Shown here piece by piece: positions 1 to 11,923 of a stretch of 64,000 bases of DNA. The notes below the pieces were generated by a model, which saw only the letters and a program-made list of their open reading frames with translations, was not told the DNA's origin and made no database searches. Position 1 is the stretch's first letter; each line of letters begins with the position of its first letter. Location: contig OX597822.1 of NCBI GenBank assembly GCA_951406725.2, forward strand, positions 72,540,001-72,604,000, in the 5' to 3' direction. This DNA is from Octopus vulgaris (lineage: Eukaryota). The translations under genes were made by a program, and so were the position numbers.

Positions 1-468
1 GCAGTTCTTCGCGCCGGAACTAAGACATTTGAAATTTTATACCTAATGTAATCGGTAAAACTAAACACGTGTCTGTTTTGGCACAGAAAGCTGGGCTTAG
101 TTTTTCAGATTGCATTTACACTGAACAATTGTACTGATGAGGCCACGGACATTTGAATTACGTATGTAATTCTTTTGTTAAAGGCCGAAACCGAGGTATG
201 CAATTAATTCTGTTTTTTATATAAATTTTCATCTGTCCTGCCCGCCAAATTTGGTTCTGGTGTTCGCTGAATTTTTCCTCTAGAGAACTTTCTTTGTAGT
301 TTGATCGTTGATGATCTATTTCTAGTATACGGCCGACTACCTAGCAGTCTTGCCCTACCAATATACACATATATTAGAATTTTCTCTGATTTCTCAGATT
401 TTTTGTATGCTAGACTACTGGTTTTAAATTGATATTAAAATTAATATTAATTTATCTCCCTCATTATT

Positions 469-470
<2 letters not shown>
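1..470 (+). mobile_element. 3' end / pseudo-LTR of a Penelope-like retroelement, ending at a (TA)n tract
   Basis: Contains a complete type I hammerhead motif (127-205). It ends in CCTCATTATTTAAATA, similar to the PLE tail at 19253-19270, and abuts (TA)n at ~471. Confidence 0.65.
127..205 (+). ncRNA. Type I minimal hammerhead ribozyme
   Basis: Stem I AAUUGUA/UGCAAUU; core CUGAUGA (134-140); stem II GGCC/GGCC enclosing an internal hairpin; GAAAC-CGAG-GUA with predicted cleavage after A198. Confidence 0.85.
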
Positions 471-514
<44 letters not shown>

Positions 515-515
<1 letters not shown>

Positions 516-716
516 TCTTTTACTTATTTCAGTCATTTGGCTGTGGCCATGCTGGAGCACCGCCTTTTAGTCGAGCAAATCGACCCCGGGACTTATTCTT
601 TGTAAGCCTAGTACTTATTCTATCGGTCTCTTTTGGCGAACCGCTAAGTGACGGGGACGTAAACACACCAGCATTGGTTGTCAAGCAATGCTAGGGGGAC
701 AAACACAGACACATAA

Positions 717-748
<32 letters not shown>

Positions 749-845
749 GTATACATATATACGACAGGCTTCTTTCAGTTTCCGTCTACCAAATCCACTC
801 ACAAGGCATTGGTCGGCTCGGAGCCATAGCAGAAGACACTTGCCA
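515..845 (-). mobile_element. tRNA-derived SINE family A (CORE-like), 5'-truncated
   Basis: Body and tail match the copies at 3162-3572, 39480-39875 and 42331-42968 (GGCAAGTGTCTTC ... GGCGGTGCTCCAGCATGGCC). Confidence 0.85.
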
Positions 846-882
846 CATATATTTATTTATATAATATATATACATATATATT

Positions 883-935
<53 letters not shown>

Positions 936-1054
936 ATATATATGTATATTTATATTATATATATATGTATATATATATATGTATGTGTGTGTGTGCATTG
1001 CACTGTTCCGTGATGGGATCAAAAAAAAAATACTCCATGTGGTGAAAGATAAAT

Positions 1055-1304
1055 AATATTTAATGAATACAATATATAGTTTTACGAGCAGCTAACAGTT
1101 TCATGCGAGGAAAACTTCGCAGATAACATTTCTTAACATGCCTGGTGCCTTGGACACAGTCTGAGGAGTGAGTGAAGGCCCTAAACACGTTAAAAAATGC
1201 AGTCAGATAAGCTTCCATCACATGAAATTATTAGCAAAATATATATTGTGCATATTAAATAATATATATATATATATTATTTAATATGCACAATATATAT
1301 TTTG

Positions 1305-1305
<1 letters not shown>
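1055..1305. mobile_element. Decayed PLE pseudo-LTR fold-back, including a perfect 72-bp palindrome (1234-1305)
   Basis: 1060-1105 is an imperfect inverted copy of 1221-1260. Decayed HHR core GCAGT-CAGATAAG...CATGAAA. Related to 36197-36260. Confidence 0.5.
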
Positions 1306-1367
<62 letters not shown>

Positions 1368-2021
1368 ATGTAGATACACTCACAACATGCTTCTTTTAGT
1401 TTCCATATACAAAATCCACACAGAAGGTGTTGGTCTGCCCGGGGCAATTGTAGGAGGCATATACACAAAGTGCCATGCTGTGAATTTGAATCCGAAAAGA
1501 CATGCTCGAGAAGCAACCTGCTTACCACACAGCCACGCCTCCGCCTATATTTCGATGCATTGATTTCGAAATCTATTGTTGCACATATATAGTTTAGGTA
1601 AGTAATTGTTATCAGTCCATTGACCCTGTGGACATTGCCTGGGTAATTCTGATCTATGTTTCTTTAATTACCATTAAACTTATCTCGGAAATTGTCAACT
1701 AAACTTTCTTAGTTTTTAACAGAACTTTAGGATGCGAATTGAATTAGAAAATAATCAATCCAAAATTCTAAGATTAACAGAAATGTGACACGAATACACT
1801 CGGCAATATACACTTTGGTTGATTACGAATTTCACGGGAGCGATAGAAATCAGACACATTTTGTCAAAATCTACGTCGGAATACTAATCTCTTGGGAAAA
1901 AAAAAACATGCTAACGTTAGCACACATTCTAAAAGCCAAAAGCCATCACTAATAATATTAGTGTCAACTTTTATCTCTCTCACTCACTCTCTCTCTGTAT
2001 TGTATATATATATATATATAT

Positions 2022-3058
2022 ATATGTTAATAAAATATATGCATATATATAAACATATATGTACGTACCTACCTCTACATGTACATATACACGCATATAT
2101 GTGTACAGGACACCAAAAAGACGTCGAACACATAGAGAGACGAAAAACATAGACACAAACCAAGGAACAAGACAGGCAAAAAAAAAAAAGGAGATACAGG
2201 ACAATAAGCACAACGAAAAATCCCCTTCTTCAGTCGCTAAAGTTTCATCTACTAAACGTTTCGAAGGATAAAAGCGAGACGTATACTTCGAAGAAAAATT
2301 CCTTCCTGAGAAAAGCAAATCAATTAAAATTCTGAGATCTTTTCGCAGAGGGGTAAAAAAAGCAAGACGGTAACGACAGTACAAACATATAAACAGTAAA
2401 AAATATATATATAAACAGTTGAAAAATAAATATATAACAGTGAGAGACAGGACAAGGAGAACAAGATAAGAAGGGCTGTTAACGCCAGACGAAAAAAGTA
2501 TTGCAAACGCTGGATTATAGTGGACGACGAGAGAGGAAGATGTCGACCAGTAGCCTTAGAAGGCGGGCGAGAAAGGACAGGATAGCAGTTACGACGGAAG
2601 TAAGGTCGCAGATGGACGACGGGAATGGGGGAGGAGGAGCAAGAGGAAGAGAGAGAAGAAGGGGAATGGTGCGAGGAGACCATGAAGAACAGTGAGGGGG
2701 AGAGAGAGAGGAAGAGACAAGTTAAGTGAGGGAAAAAAAGACGAAAAAGGGAATGGGAGAGAAAGAAAGAAAGATGCAGAGTCGCGTGAGAGTTAATATC
2801 AAGGCGAACTTGATAAACAGAACAATCTTACTTAATAGGGTGCGTGCGTTTAGTCGTATAATATGTTAATAAAATATATGCATATATATAAACATATATG
2901 TACGTACCTACCTCTACATGTACATATACACGCATATATGTGTACAGGACACCAAAAAGACGTCGAACACATAGAGAGACGAAAAACATAGACACAAACC
3001 AAGGAACAAGACAGGCAAAAAAAAGGAGATACAGGACAATAAGCACAACGAAAAATCC

Positions 3059-3062
<4 letters not shown>
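2022..3062 (-). mobile_element. Non-coding ~0.84-kb retrozyme-like / non-autonomous PLE-like element with direct terminal repeats (copy 1)
   Basis: ~205-bp direct repeats at 2022-2227 and 2861-3062 (period 839). Flanked by (TA)n on both sides. Homologous to ~50540-51395 and 62912-63860. Confidence 0.8.
2212..2304 (-). ncRNA. Candidate non-circularly permuted hammerhead ribozyme (copy 1)
   Basis: Minus strand reads ACGUC^UCGCU-uuuau-CCUUC-GAAACGU-linker-AGCGA-CUGAAGA-A-GGGG. Stem I UCGCU/AGCGA, stem III ACGU/ACGU. Confidence 0.65.
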
Positions 3063-3131
<69 letters not shown>

Positions 3132-3161
3132 TATGCGTGCGTGCGTGTGTGTGTGTGTCTT

Positions 3162-3570
3162 TACCTGTTTTAGTTATTTTACTGCGGCCATGATGGAGCA
3201 CCGCTTTTCAGTCAACGAAACCAACTCTAGGACATATTCTTTGTAAGCTAGTTAGTTAGTAATTCTATCGGTCTCTTATGCCGAGCTGCTAGTTTACGGG
3301 GACGTAAACACACCAACATTGGTTGTCTAACGATGTAGGTCACACAAACACAGGCACAAAAACACACTCATAATACAATCACGCGCTGACGCACACATAT
3401 ATTTATATACGACGGGCTTCTTTCTGTTGCCGTCTACCAAATCCACTCACAAGGCTTTGGTCGGCCCGAAGATATAGTAGAAGACACTTGCCCAAGGTAC
3501 CATGTAGTGGGACTGAACGTGGAACCATGTGGTTGGAAAGCAAGCTTCTTACCACACAGCTAAGCCTGCG

Positions 3571-3572
<2 letters not shown>
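3162..3572 (-). mobile_element. tRNA-derived SINE family A, near full length
   Basis: Pol III A/B-box-like head, CORE-like ACCTTGGGCAAGTGTCTT segment and the shared tail. Confidence 0.85.
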
Positions 3573-3654
<82 letters not shown>

Positions 3655-3884
3655 TGTATGTATGTACACCAGCGAGACAAACGTAGCAAGTCAGAGCGAC
3701 TTATGAATCAATATGTATGCGAGATGTGCATGATATATGTACAGCCACGCTGCGAAAATGTTTCGCGTGGATTATATTTTTGTAGCGGGATTTAAGTATT
3801 TTCAGTATCATTTCCGTAAGCATATTCATCACATTTTTTCATAAACATAATGTATTTTAGGTTTACTAACACATATATTTATGT

Positions 3885-4125
3885 ATATTTTTTTATTATT
3901 TATGCGCCCTATTCAAGCCTAGCCAGGCTCATGGGCCCGGTTTCCCAGTTTCTGTGGCGTATGTGTTCCCCGCAGCTGGACGGGATGCCAGTCCATCGCA
4001 GCGTTACTCAAGAAACAGGAAGAAAGAATGAGAGAAAGTCGGGGCGAAAGAGTATAACAGGTGTCGCCACCACCCCCTTCCGTAGCCTCGTGGAGCATTA
4101 GGTGTTTTCGATCAATAAACACAAA
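3885..4125 (-). mobile_element. SINE family C body with V-domain-like core
   Basis: Minus strand has GCTGCGATGGACTGGCATCCCGTCCAG, resembling the V-SINE central domain. Its GTGTTTATT end overlaps the end of the tRNA-like head at 35411-35502. Confidence 0.6.
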
Positions 4126-4559
4126 CAATACAAGAATACTTACATACACACATACATTCCAGTAGTTTGGAGCTTTTTAGTAGAGGCAGCTATAACTGTC
4201 TTAGATTATTGTAAGTTTATTATATCATGACAACACATCCAATACGCCAACATTGTTATTCCATATTGGAGGAGGAGGTAGAAACAGCGCTTTGAACACA
4301 ACCTACTAAACACTTTTAGCCATAACTGACATGTTTGTAGAAGACAATCGGGACAGAAAGACAACTGAGAAGCTCGCTATGCAATTAAGACATATACACA
4401 TGCACGCGCATGTGTATATGTCTGTGTGTATTAAACTAAGCAAACAATCTAAAGAGACTTTTGGAATGTTTAAGACTGCTTCTGGATTAATAGGTATGTA
4501 TTGAGCATCTGTTATTGTGCTGGCATAAGAGGGCAGGCAAATCAAGATAATCCCCTGTT

Positions 4560-4835
4560 TTGCAACAGCAAAGTATTATCTACGGCCACTGGTTTCCCTT
4601 TAGTCAGACGATAAACAAAGAGTAATCTGTAGAGGTTTTGAGGTATTTCAGGAGAAGATTGCTTTGTAAAAGGCAACAGTCCACAATTCCAAATTGTCCC
4701 TCACCACCCGCTCTACAGTCCCTTGCTTACTCTGAAGGTGGAGGATATCCTGAAGGAGTCTGTAACAAGGGTCCTGAACACCTTCATTTTGGTGAACTTC
4801 CATGTGGTCTTGGAGTAGTGGATGGAGTTCTAAAA
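4560..4835 (-). pseudogene. Heavily decayed RTE-like LINE 3' fragment
   Basis: TKMKVFRTLV-like peptide in a broken frame, resembling the post-RT region of RTE elements. Confidence 0.35.
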
Positions 4836-4960
4836 TAAGTGCTTTGAAGTAAGAGGATTCTATTTCGAAGGAGATTAGAGATTTGTATTTCTTTGCAGTT
4901 ATAAATGTTTCTCCGGAAAATGTCTCAACATTCGGGAATGCACCTAGTATATACATTTAT

Positions 4961-5148
4961 ATAGTAAATCTAAACATGAAAACACAAAGAAAAAACACAG
5001 CCACGCGAGGACGTGGAACAATTATAGTGTTACTGGACGCTCAGGAAAGGAAAGAAAGGAGGAGGATTTAACGTTTCAAGCGGAGCTCTTCGTCAGAAAC
5101 ATAGAAATAGGAAAGGTCCAAGGAAGGGAAAACGGAGAAAGAAAATCG
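4961..5148 (-). mobile_element. PLE pseudo-LTR fragment with minimal hammerhead (5066-5100)
   Basis: Minus strand GUUU-CUGACGA-A-GAGC-UCC-GCUU-GAA-ACGU-U-AAAU. Same family as 44813-45015 and 55985-56190; flanked by TA tracts. Confidence 0.7.
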
Positions 5149-5184
<36 letters not shown>

Positions 5185-5819
5185 CACGTATATTTATATA
5201 TACACGTATATAAGAATAGATCAATGAAGTGTAATATGAATGTGAGATAGAATGCTGAACTGCATATTCCACCAAAGGTACTGTACTGTTATGCTACCAA
5301 TTCACCTGCGAAATAAAGGTGAGAAGTAATAAAACGAGAACTAATATATCTGCGAGAAGAGCTAGAGATGTTATTTTGATCATAGCGTAGGTTCCAAATT
5401 AATTCCTTTTCTGTTTGCTATTGTCTTTCGCAAGTGAACAAAAAGCTTTACTTCTCGTTTCCATGTTATCTGTAAATCTGCGCCTTTGTCACTATGAAGT
5501 ATTGTATTCTAATTTGCTATCAATACATTCAAGCAACCAGCTTTCAAATGCCTGTTCATTCTCTTTCTCTTCACTCACGTCATTATCCTTGTGTATCCAA
5601 GAGAGACATGGGAAGGTTTAGCTCATCGAGTTTTCCATTTCCTCCTGCTGCAAATACTTGAGTGTTGGTTATCTACATGTTAGCAATATTACTGTTTTGC
5701 AGGTGAGGATCGATAACTTTTTTCTCTTTTTCTCACTCTCGCCATCTCCATCTCTCTCGCCACTCTCTTTTGTCATATATATTACTATATACGTGCGCGT
5801 GTGTGCGCACATGTGTATA

Positions 5820-5861
<42 letters not shown>

Positions 5862-6614
5862 TACATACATACACACATAAATATATAATGTATACACAGC
5901 TAACGCAGATGTAATCTACTAATCTACCGCCAACGTCTGTGTCTCTGTTTTATGAGTGGATGAAAAGCAAAGGAAAGTCCTCAGGGATTTGAAGACATCA
6001 AATGATATTAGTTTCTTTATAATTCATGGATTAAATGCCGAAACCGATGAAACCGTTGAGATCTGCATGTTTACATACTGGTGCTAATCAACTGACGTGA
6101 GATTATTTGGTGCTAATAAGTTCGGTGACCGCTCCTCATCTCAATCGAATTGATTGGAAGCCAGCAGCGCCTCACCAGTTTATGTTTATATTATTGATGG
6201 CTTAAGGAATATAGCACCAGTTTCTTAAAGCAGAATTTCGTGCATCTTAGAAAATATGCATACACATTTTTAAGATTTTAAAAACAAAATGCTGTAGTTT
6301 AATATATTTTTGTTTTGTTTTTTTCAGGACGCTTTACAAAATATCAAATTTACGCATTTCTCCGCATTCAATATTGTTGAATCGCCGATCAAGTTGTGTT
6401 TGATGTCCAACACTTTAACCGTCACAACGTCTACGTATGAAATGAAGGACCTCCAACTTATTTCAGCAATGTACTAACAAAAAGCCGGAAACATATGGGT
6501 GGAATCGAGCATCACGTACATGCTCGGTCTAGCAAAGGCAGAATTGTGAATTTCTCGCCACGATGGGCTTCTGTCTCTGGGGACCACCGAACCAATATTA
6601 TTATAATAATATTG

Positions 6615-6950
6615 GTTTCACATTTTTGGCAAAAGGCCAGAAATTTAGGGTGGAGATGGAGGTCGATCACATAAACACCAGTGCTCTACTGGTACTTATT
6701 TTATCGATCCTGGAAGGATGAGAGGCAGAGTTGGAAGAAATGCCTTCTAATGATGATAATAACATTAATAATAACTGCTGCAAATTTTAGTACACGACCA
6801 GGAAAATTTTAGAGGGAGGGTAAACTACATACATGCCAATACTTAAGCGGTACTTTGTTTTACCGACCCTGAAATTATGAATGCCAATTTGACCTCGGGA
6901 GGGTTTGAACACGGAATGTAAGTAGCTGGATGAAATGCTGCTATGTTGTT
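6615..6950 (-). mobile_element. Two old SINE family B (Nin/Deu-domain-like) copies
   Basis: Degenerate GGTACTTATTTTATCGA...GGATGA.AGGC motif shared with the younger family B copies. Confidence 0.6.
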
Positions 6951-9900
6951 CGAATTTCTGAAGGTGTTCTATCGTCGCTGGCTACGTTAAATCCTGGTAA
7001 TTTCTTACCAGGACAGAGTGAGAAACCAAGAGGGGAGAGAAGAGAATAGATAGGAAGTCTTCAGGTCATGGTGACTAAGCGGCGGATACGACTTACTGAC
7101 GATGTGCTTCGATTACTGCAGGAGAGACATGCTACCATCATGATAGAATGGACGCCGCAACGAAGAAAGTACGTCTCCTGATGACATCATGATAGCGTGG
7201 TGAATTCGCCTGAGTGGAAAGGCAGGAGGAAGGCGTTCTCCTCAACCCTTTCTTTTGTAGACTGCTGTCTTTATTAGCATTGTTAACGATGGTGGTGTTG
7301 TTGCCGTTTCTGTTCTCCAGTCCCCGCTCTCTATATGAAGTTCGTGACAGTGCGAGGGCTTTAATGCGGCCACATTCTAGAAGGAAATATGACCCAGACA
7401 GGAGCGAAATAAAATGACATCAACTGTGCTCTTTAGGGTACAATTTTGCGAGCCTCCTCTCCAACAATTACTGAACAAAAAAATCTCCAAAAATAAACAA
7501 CATTTTACATACAAAATTTTACAAACTTTTTAGAGCCGATGTAAACACGCCCGGATAAATCGATAATCCCGCTCCCACCCGCAACACAATGACAACAACA
7601 ACAACAACAACAAAAACAACATCGACAACAACAATAATAATAATGATGCAGAAGACAATTTTCAACAAGTAAATATTTTACCCGATGTCAAAAGTTCATG
7701 CTTTGGTTTGAAATCAACAGTTCTTCCTCCATTCATTTAAATAAAAACAATTTTTAAATATATATAAAAAAAAACGTTTAGGAAAATATAACACACTTCT
7801 TTTTATTTTGCATTGTGTATCAAATAATAAAACGACTCACGTAAAGTAGCTACGCTATTATTTCGATTGTAATTGATGACACTATATTAGACAGATTATC
7901 AAGAGCTAGACAATTTTTTTTCAATATAGACACGCACCAAAGCGCCGCTAAGGAAGGAAAGGAAGGAAACGGAGACAAAATATATAATGCAAAAAAATTC
8001 GGGGAGGAAGAAAATAAAAATATAAATAAAATCACTTTGCTGGATATAAAGTCAATTAATCGTGATGTTTGAGAAGTTTTATTTGACGCTTTCAGACACA
8101 TTAGTATTTTGTTGTTGGGGATATCAGTTACTGGTATATCCTGTTGGAGATATCTGAATAACTTCCGTAGAGAGATGCATATATCTGAGTCGATGGAGTA
8201 TGGAAGTATCAGACGAATTATCAGTGGCTTACATTCCGTCATTTGATATAATTTTAACTGTTGACAAGATTCCGAACACCATTAGGTTTTCTTTACTATC
8301 TAACTTCAATCACGGAACATATAAAGCAATGATGAAGTGAAGTGTATAGCAGACCTACTGAAATCACATAGTTAGACATTGAGGGTGTTTATAATCTTGG
8401 CAGATTTTTAAATTTGTCAAATTTGTGTGATACGAGAGGAGTCACGAATGCGTAAGGTAACATACGTAGCGGCACTTTTTACGGCTCTTCGTGTTTTGAG
8501 CTCAAAATCTCTGCAAGTCACCTTTGTTTTTCATTTCGATGAATAAAGTATAAATTGATCCCTGGAGTAGATATAATCGACTTGCTTCCTAACCCTAAAT
8601 ATTGGCTGCCATTTTGTTAAAATTTGAATCGATTATTTGTGCATATACCGCCGAAGACGAGCCACAACTGTTAGTAAAATAAGTACCCATAACATATCAA
8701 GTACATACAGTCGATTCCCTTTTTTCTTCCGAAAACGTCGAATTTATCTCTATTCAAAACAAGTCAATATCCATAACACTCCGTGACAAAAGATTTTATT
8801 GGTGATTTTTCCGTTTGTTTTGATATTTTACAGAACAAAGGCAGGCAACTACCTGAATAGAATGACATTTTGTTTAAATCTAATTTATAGGACAATCGAG
8901 TACTCAAACAATATTCAAAGCAACGCTAACTGAGGTGTACCGCGCAAACATTTTGGTCGATATTTGACCATCACACTTCAACAAAGATTTATTGTATGAG
9001 ACGTCATCTTCTTCCGCTACTCACAGCATACAAACATTCTGACACCCAGTAAACACCCGGGTTTAAACACAAAACGGCTGCTATAGATTTGAAACTGAGT
9101 TGTACCAAGTAGTAACGCAAAAAGTATACGCCATCGATTTCACTGTTACACTCATTTGGTGCCTAAAACTGCGGAGATAGCAGTCGAGTCTACTGAACTT
9201 TTACTCTGTACGTAAGCACAGAGGAGATTCTCTTGGTTCCTAAAGTACTTACGTAATATGGAAAAGACAAAGAATCCAAAAAAAAAAAGACCTTCCATAA
9301 ATTTTCACTAGTCTGAAATTAATTTCATTTATAATTTTAATGAAATATCTCTCTTCATTCGTTAAATCATGGCTGGGATTCCTAAAAAGAATAAAATAGT
9401 GCTACATAAAATTATAATCAACATGAAATTATTACAGTTTCTTAATAGATAAAAACAGAAGTAAATGAGCTGTATACAGGCTCATGATTCCTTAATTTCA
9501 AGTTGAAATTTCTAATCCATCATGTTTTGAGGATATGCTCCCCGTCCTCGTATAAATGGCAAACCCAATATTTACACATTTGCATTCCTAAATCCATATG
9601 CTTCAGAATCCACTATTTTAAAAAAGAATTATTTCACGTTATAAAATTCTTATGACGTCAACAAATTCTCGTTGGTAAGAATTAAATTTTTTAAATGGAC
9701 AAAGAAATTCAAAACATAGCTTTCGTCCAAAGGTACATATTTCTGTCTAAACGGATTCGTAACCCAGTACTTTATCTGTCATTATTTATAGCTTTATATG
9801 TCATTGGAGAACCACTATACATAAAAGGATATATATGAATTTGTAGTGTAATAGACGGATTCATAAAATTGTGTGGCTATCACAGAAAGCTCCTCTAACG

Positions 9901-11367
9901 GAGTCGGCTAACAAACCACATAATAATCTAATATAAAAGAGTATAATACAGAGTTACTTGCAGTTGACATCCAGGAGATCCGAGCAAGGAGATTATTCCT
10001 TGAGGGAAATATAAGCCAAAGAAAATCAAGAGGTTTGTGAGATGAATATATTTATTTACCATTTCTCATCCTTATGGTTACGGCCGTTTTGTATCCTTCT
10101 TCATATCTTAGTAATTTCAGTGTATAATAAATTACGGGTAAATGTCTGCATTGATATGCATAGTACACATTATAACAATACAATTGTATATTCACAAATC
10201 AATGAAGATACAGAAGGTTAGCCCATCAGATCTCCTGAACATCATGGCTACACCAACGATTCCACTCTTGATTCCAGAAATGAATCATATCTTAAATAGG
10301 TCGATCCACTATTTGAAAGCAAATAGCTTCCTTGCATTGAGAAAAAATGTAGAATATTAACTTTTATAATTTTATAATTTTGTTAAATTCTGTTGTTTAA
10401 TGACTTTGTTTTTGTAACCATTTAGAGGCCTGCAAACCAGTATATCTGTAATATACTGGTTTAGATTTAAATGGATATAGCTTTTGCAGTACAAAATTTG
10501 GCCTACTGCCGATTCAAAACATAATCTATAATAGTATTACTTTGTGTGTGTATAAGATAAAGAGCATCTTATAAATGTTTACTCTCAACGACCTTAACAC
10601 CTCCTGACTTGTGAATTATTGTTTTATTAGCTTCTGACATATTGAAACGGAAATAACTTACTAATAAAAAAATCATTTCAATATATCAGAATTTTCAATG
10701 CAAAACTGATTTTTTTTCTTTTTGTTTTATTTCAAACAAGTTGGTGTATGGTCATGAAATTCCATTCCGTAACTAAAAAAGTAGAATTTTTCTATAATAA
10801 AATTTCTATTCTTGTATTTATGATGTATAGACCAATATTATTGATTAAATAGAGTAGAGAAGCACTTCTTAATTTAGATCCAAGATATAACAGAGCAAAA
10901 TTTGAAATAATCGTCGACCATCACCGAATTGAACAGTGTAGACGGCAAATAAACTTAGAGATTCAGTGAGATGAATTTAATTCTCGTTTCTAGCCTGTTT
11001 AACAATAAATACTGCAGTATATAACCAGGAATATCTCATTTGATAGCGACTCAGCTTTTTACGGTTTATATCCTGTCAATAACATTTCGTTGTATCCATA
11101 ACCAAATCATTAGACTCTGAACGCGCTAATATATTCCCCTAGAAGCAGGCCCCAGCTACGTATCTACAAGGACCTACAAATCCCAGATTACAATGGCCAT
11201 GAATGTTAAAATGCTTCATTAGCTTCTATCTTGCTATAGAAAATATGATGATAGAAACACAACAACTTTGCCATAGGCACTATGAAATGAAATGGACCGG
11301 AATATACTACTTCTTAATATCACGATTTACGCTACATATTATTATTATTATCATTATTATTATTATT

Positions 11368-11905
11368 GAGTGAGAGAGCAGTACATGCCATCAAAGTGAC
11401 ACTGGGGTGAAATATACGAAGCCCAGTAAACCCTTCATGACTACCCGTCTGATAAGTGTACACCAAGCACATGCATCACAACCATATGTGTGCGACATAG
11501 TGATCTCATATCAAGATAAACAGCACATGACCTTGCAGGTGGGGGCCCAGTTAAAATTTTCTTCAGGTCGAGTAACCCATCCCGCTCAAAAGGTCTCTGA
11601 ATAAGGGTTGTTTAAGGATGATGAAAGAACCACCCATTATTCAAACCACAAAGAATCCCTCTCAACACATGGCTATCATGCTCCTCCACTACTTCTACTC
11701 CTGATCAGAGATGCACATACCGTCAGCCACTAAGGGACATGCTCAACTGGTTAAGATCAAACAATTGACAAGCAAATTTGTGGTAATGAGCAGGATATTT
11801 AATGTAGCCATCTTTTATACAAAGACAAAACAATGTACATGATAACACTTCCAATCAGTTAAGATCAGAAGCCACGAGAGCCACTGCCTAGTACTGCATC
11901 AGGGC
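11368..11905 (-). mobile_element. Non-coding interspersed repeat with (AAT)n tail; second truncated copy at 13644-13725
   Basis: GAGTGAGAG...CATCAAA.TGACACTGG...TATACGAAGCCCA occurs twice, each time directly after an (ATT)n tract. Confidence 0.6.
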
Positions 11906-11923
11906 ATTATCATTATTATCATT

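Noticed and set aside
9500-10600. Possible ancient Ty3/Gypsy pol remnant (HKPL-like peptide, minus strand)
   Set aside because: Too decayed to support without a profile search.
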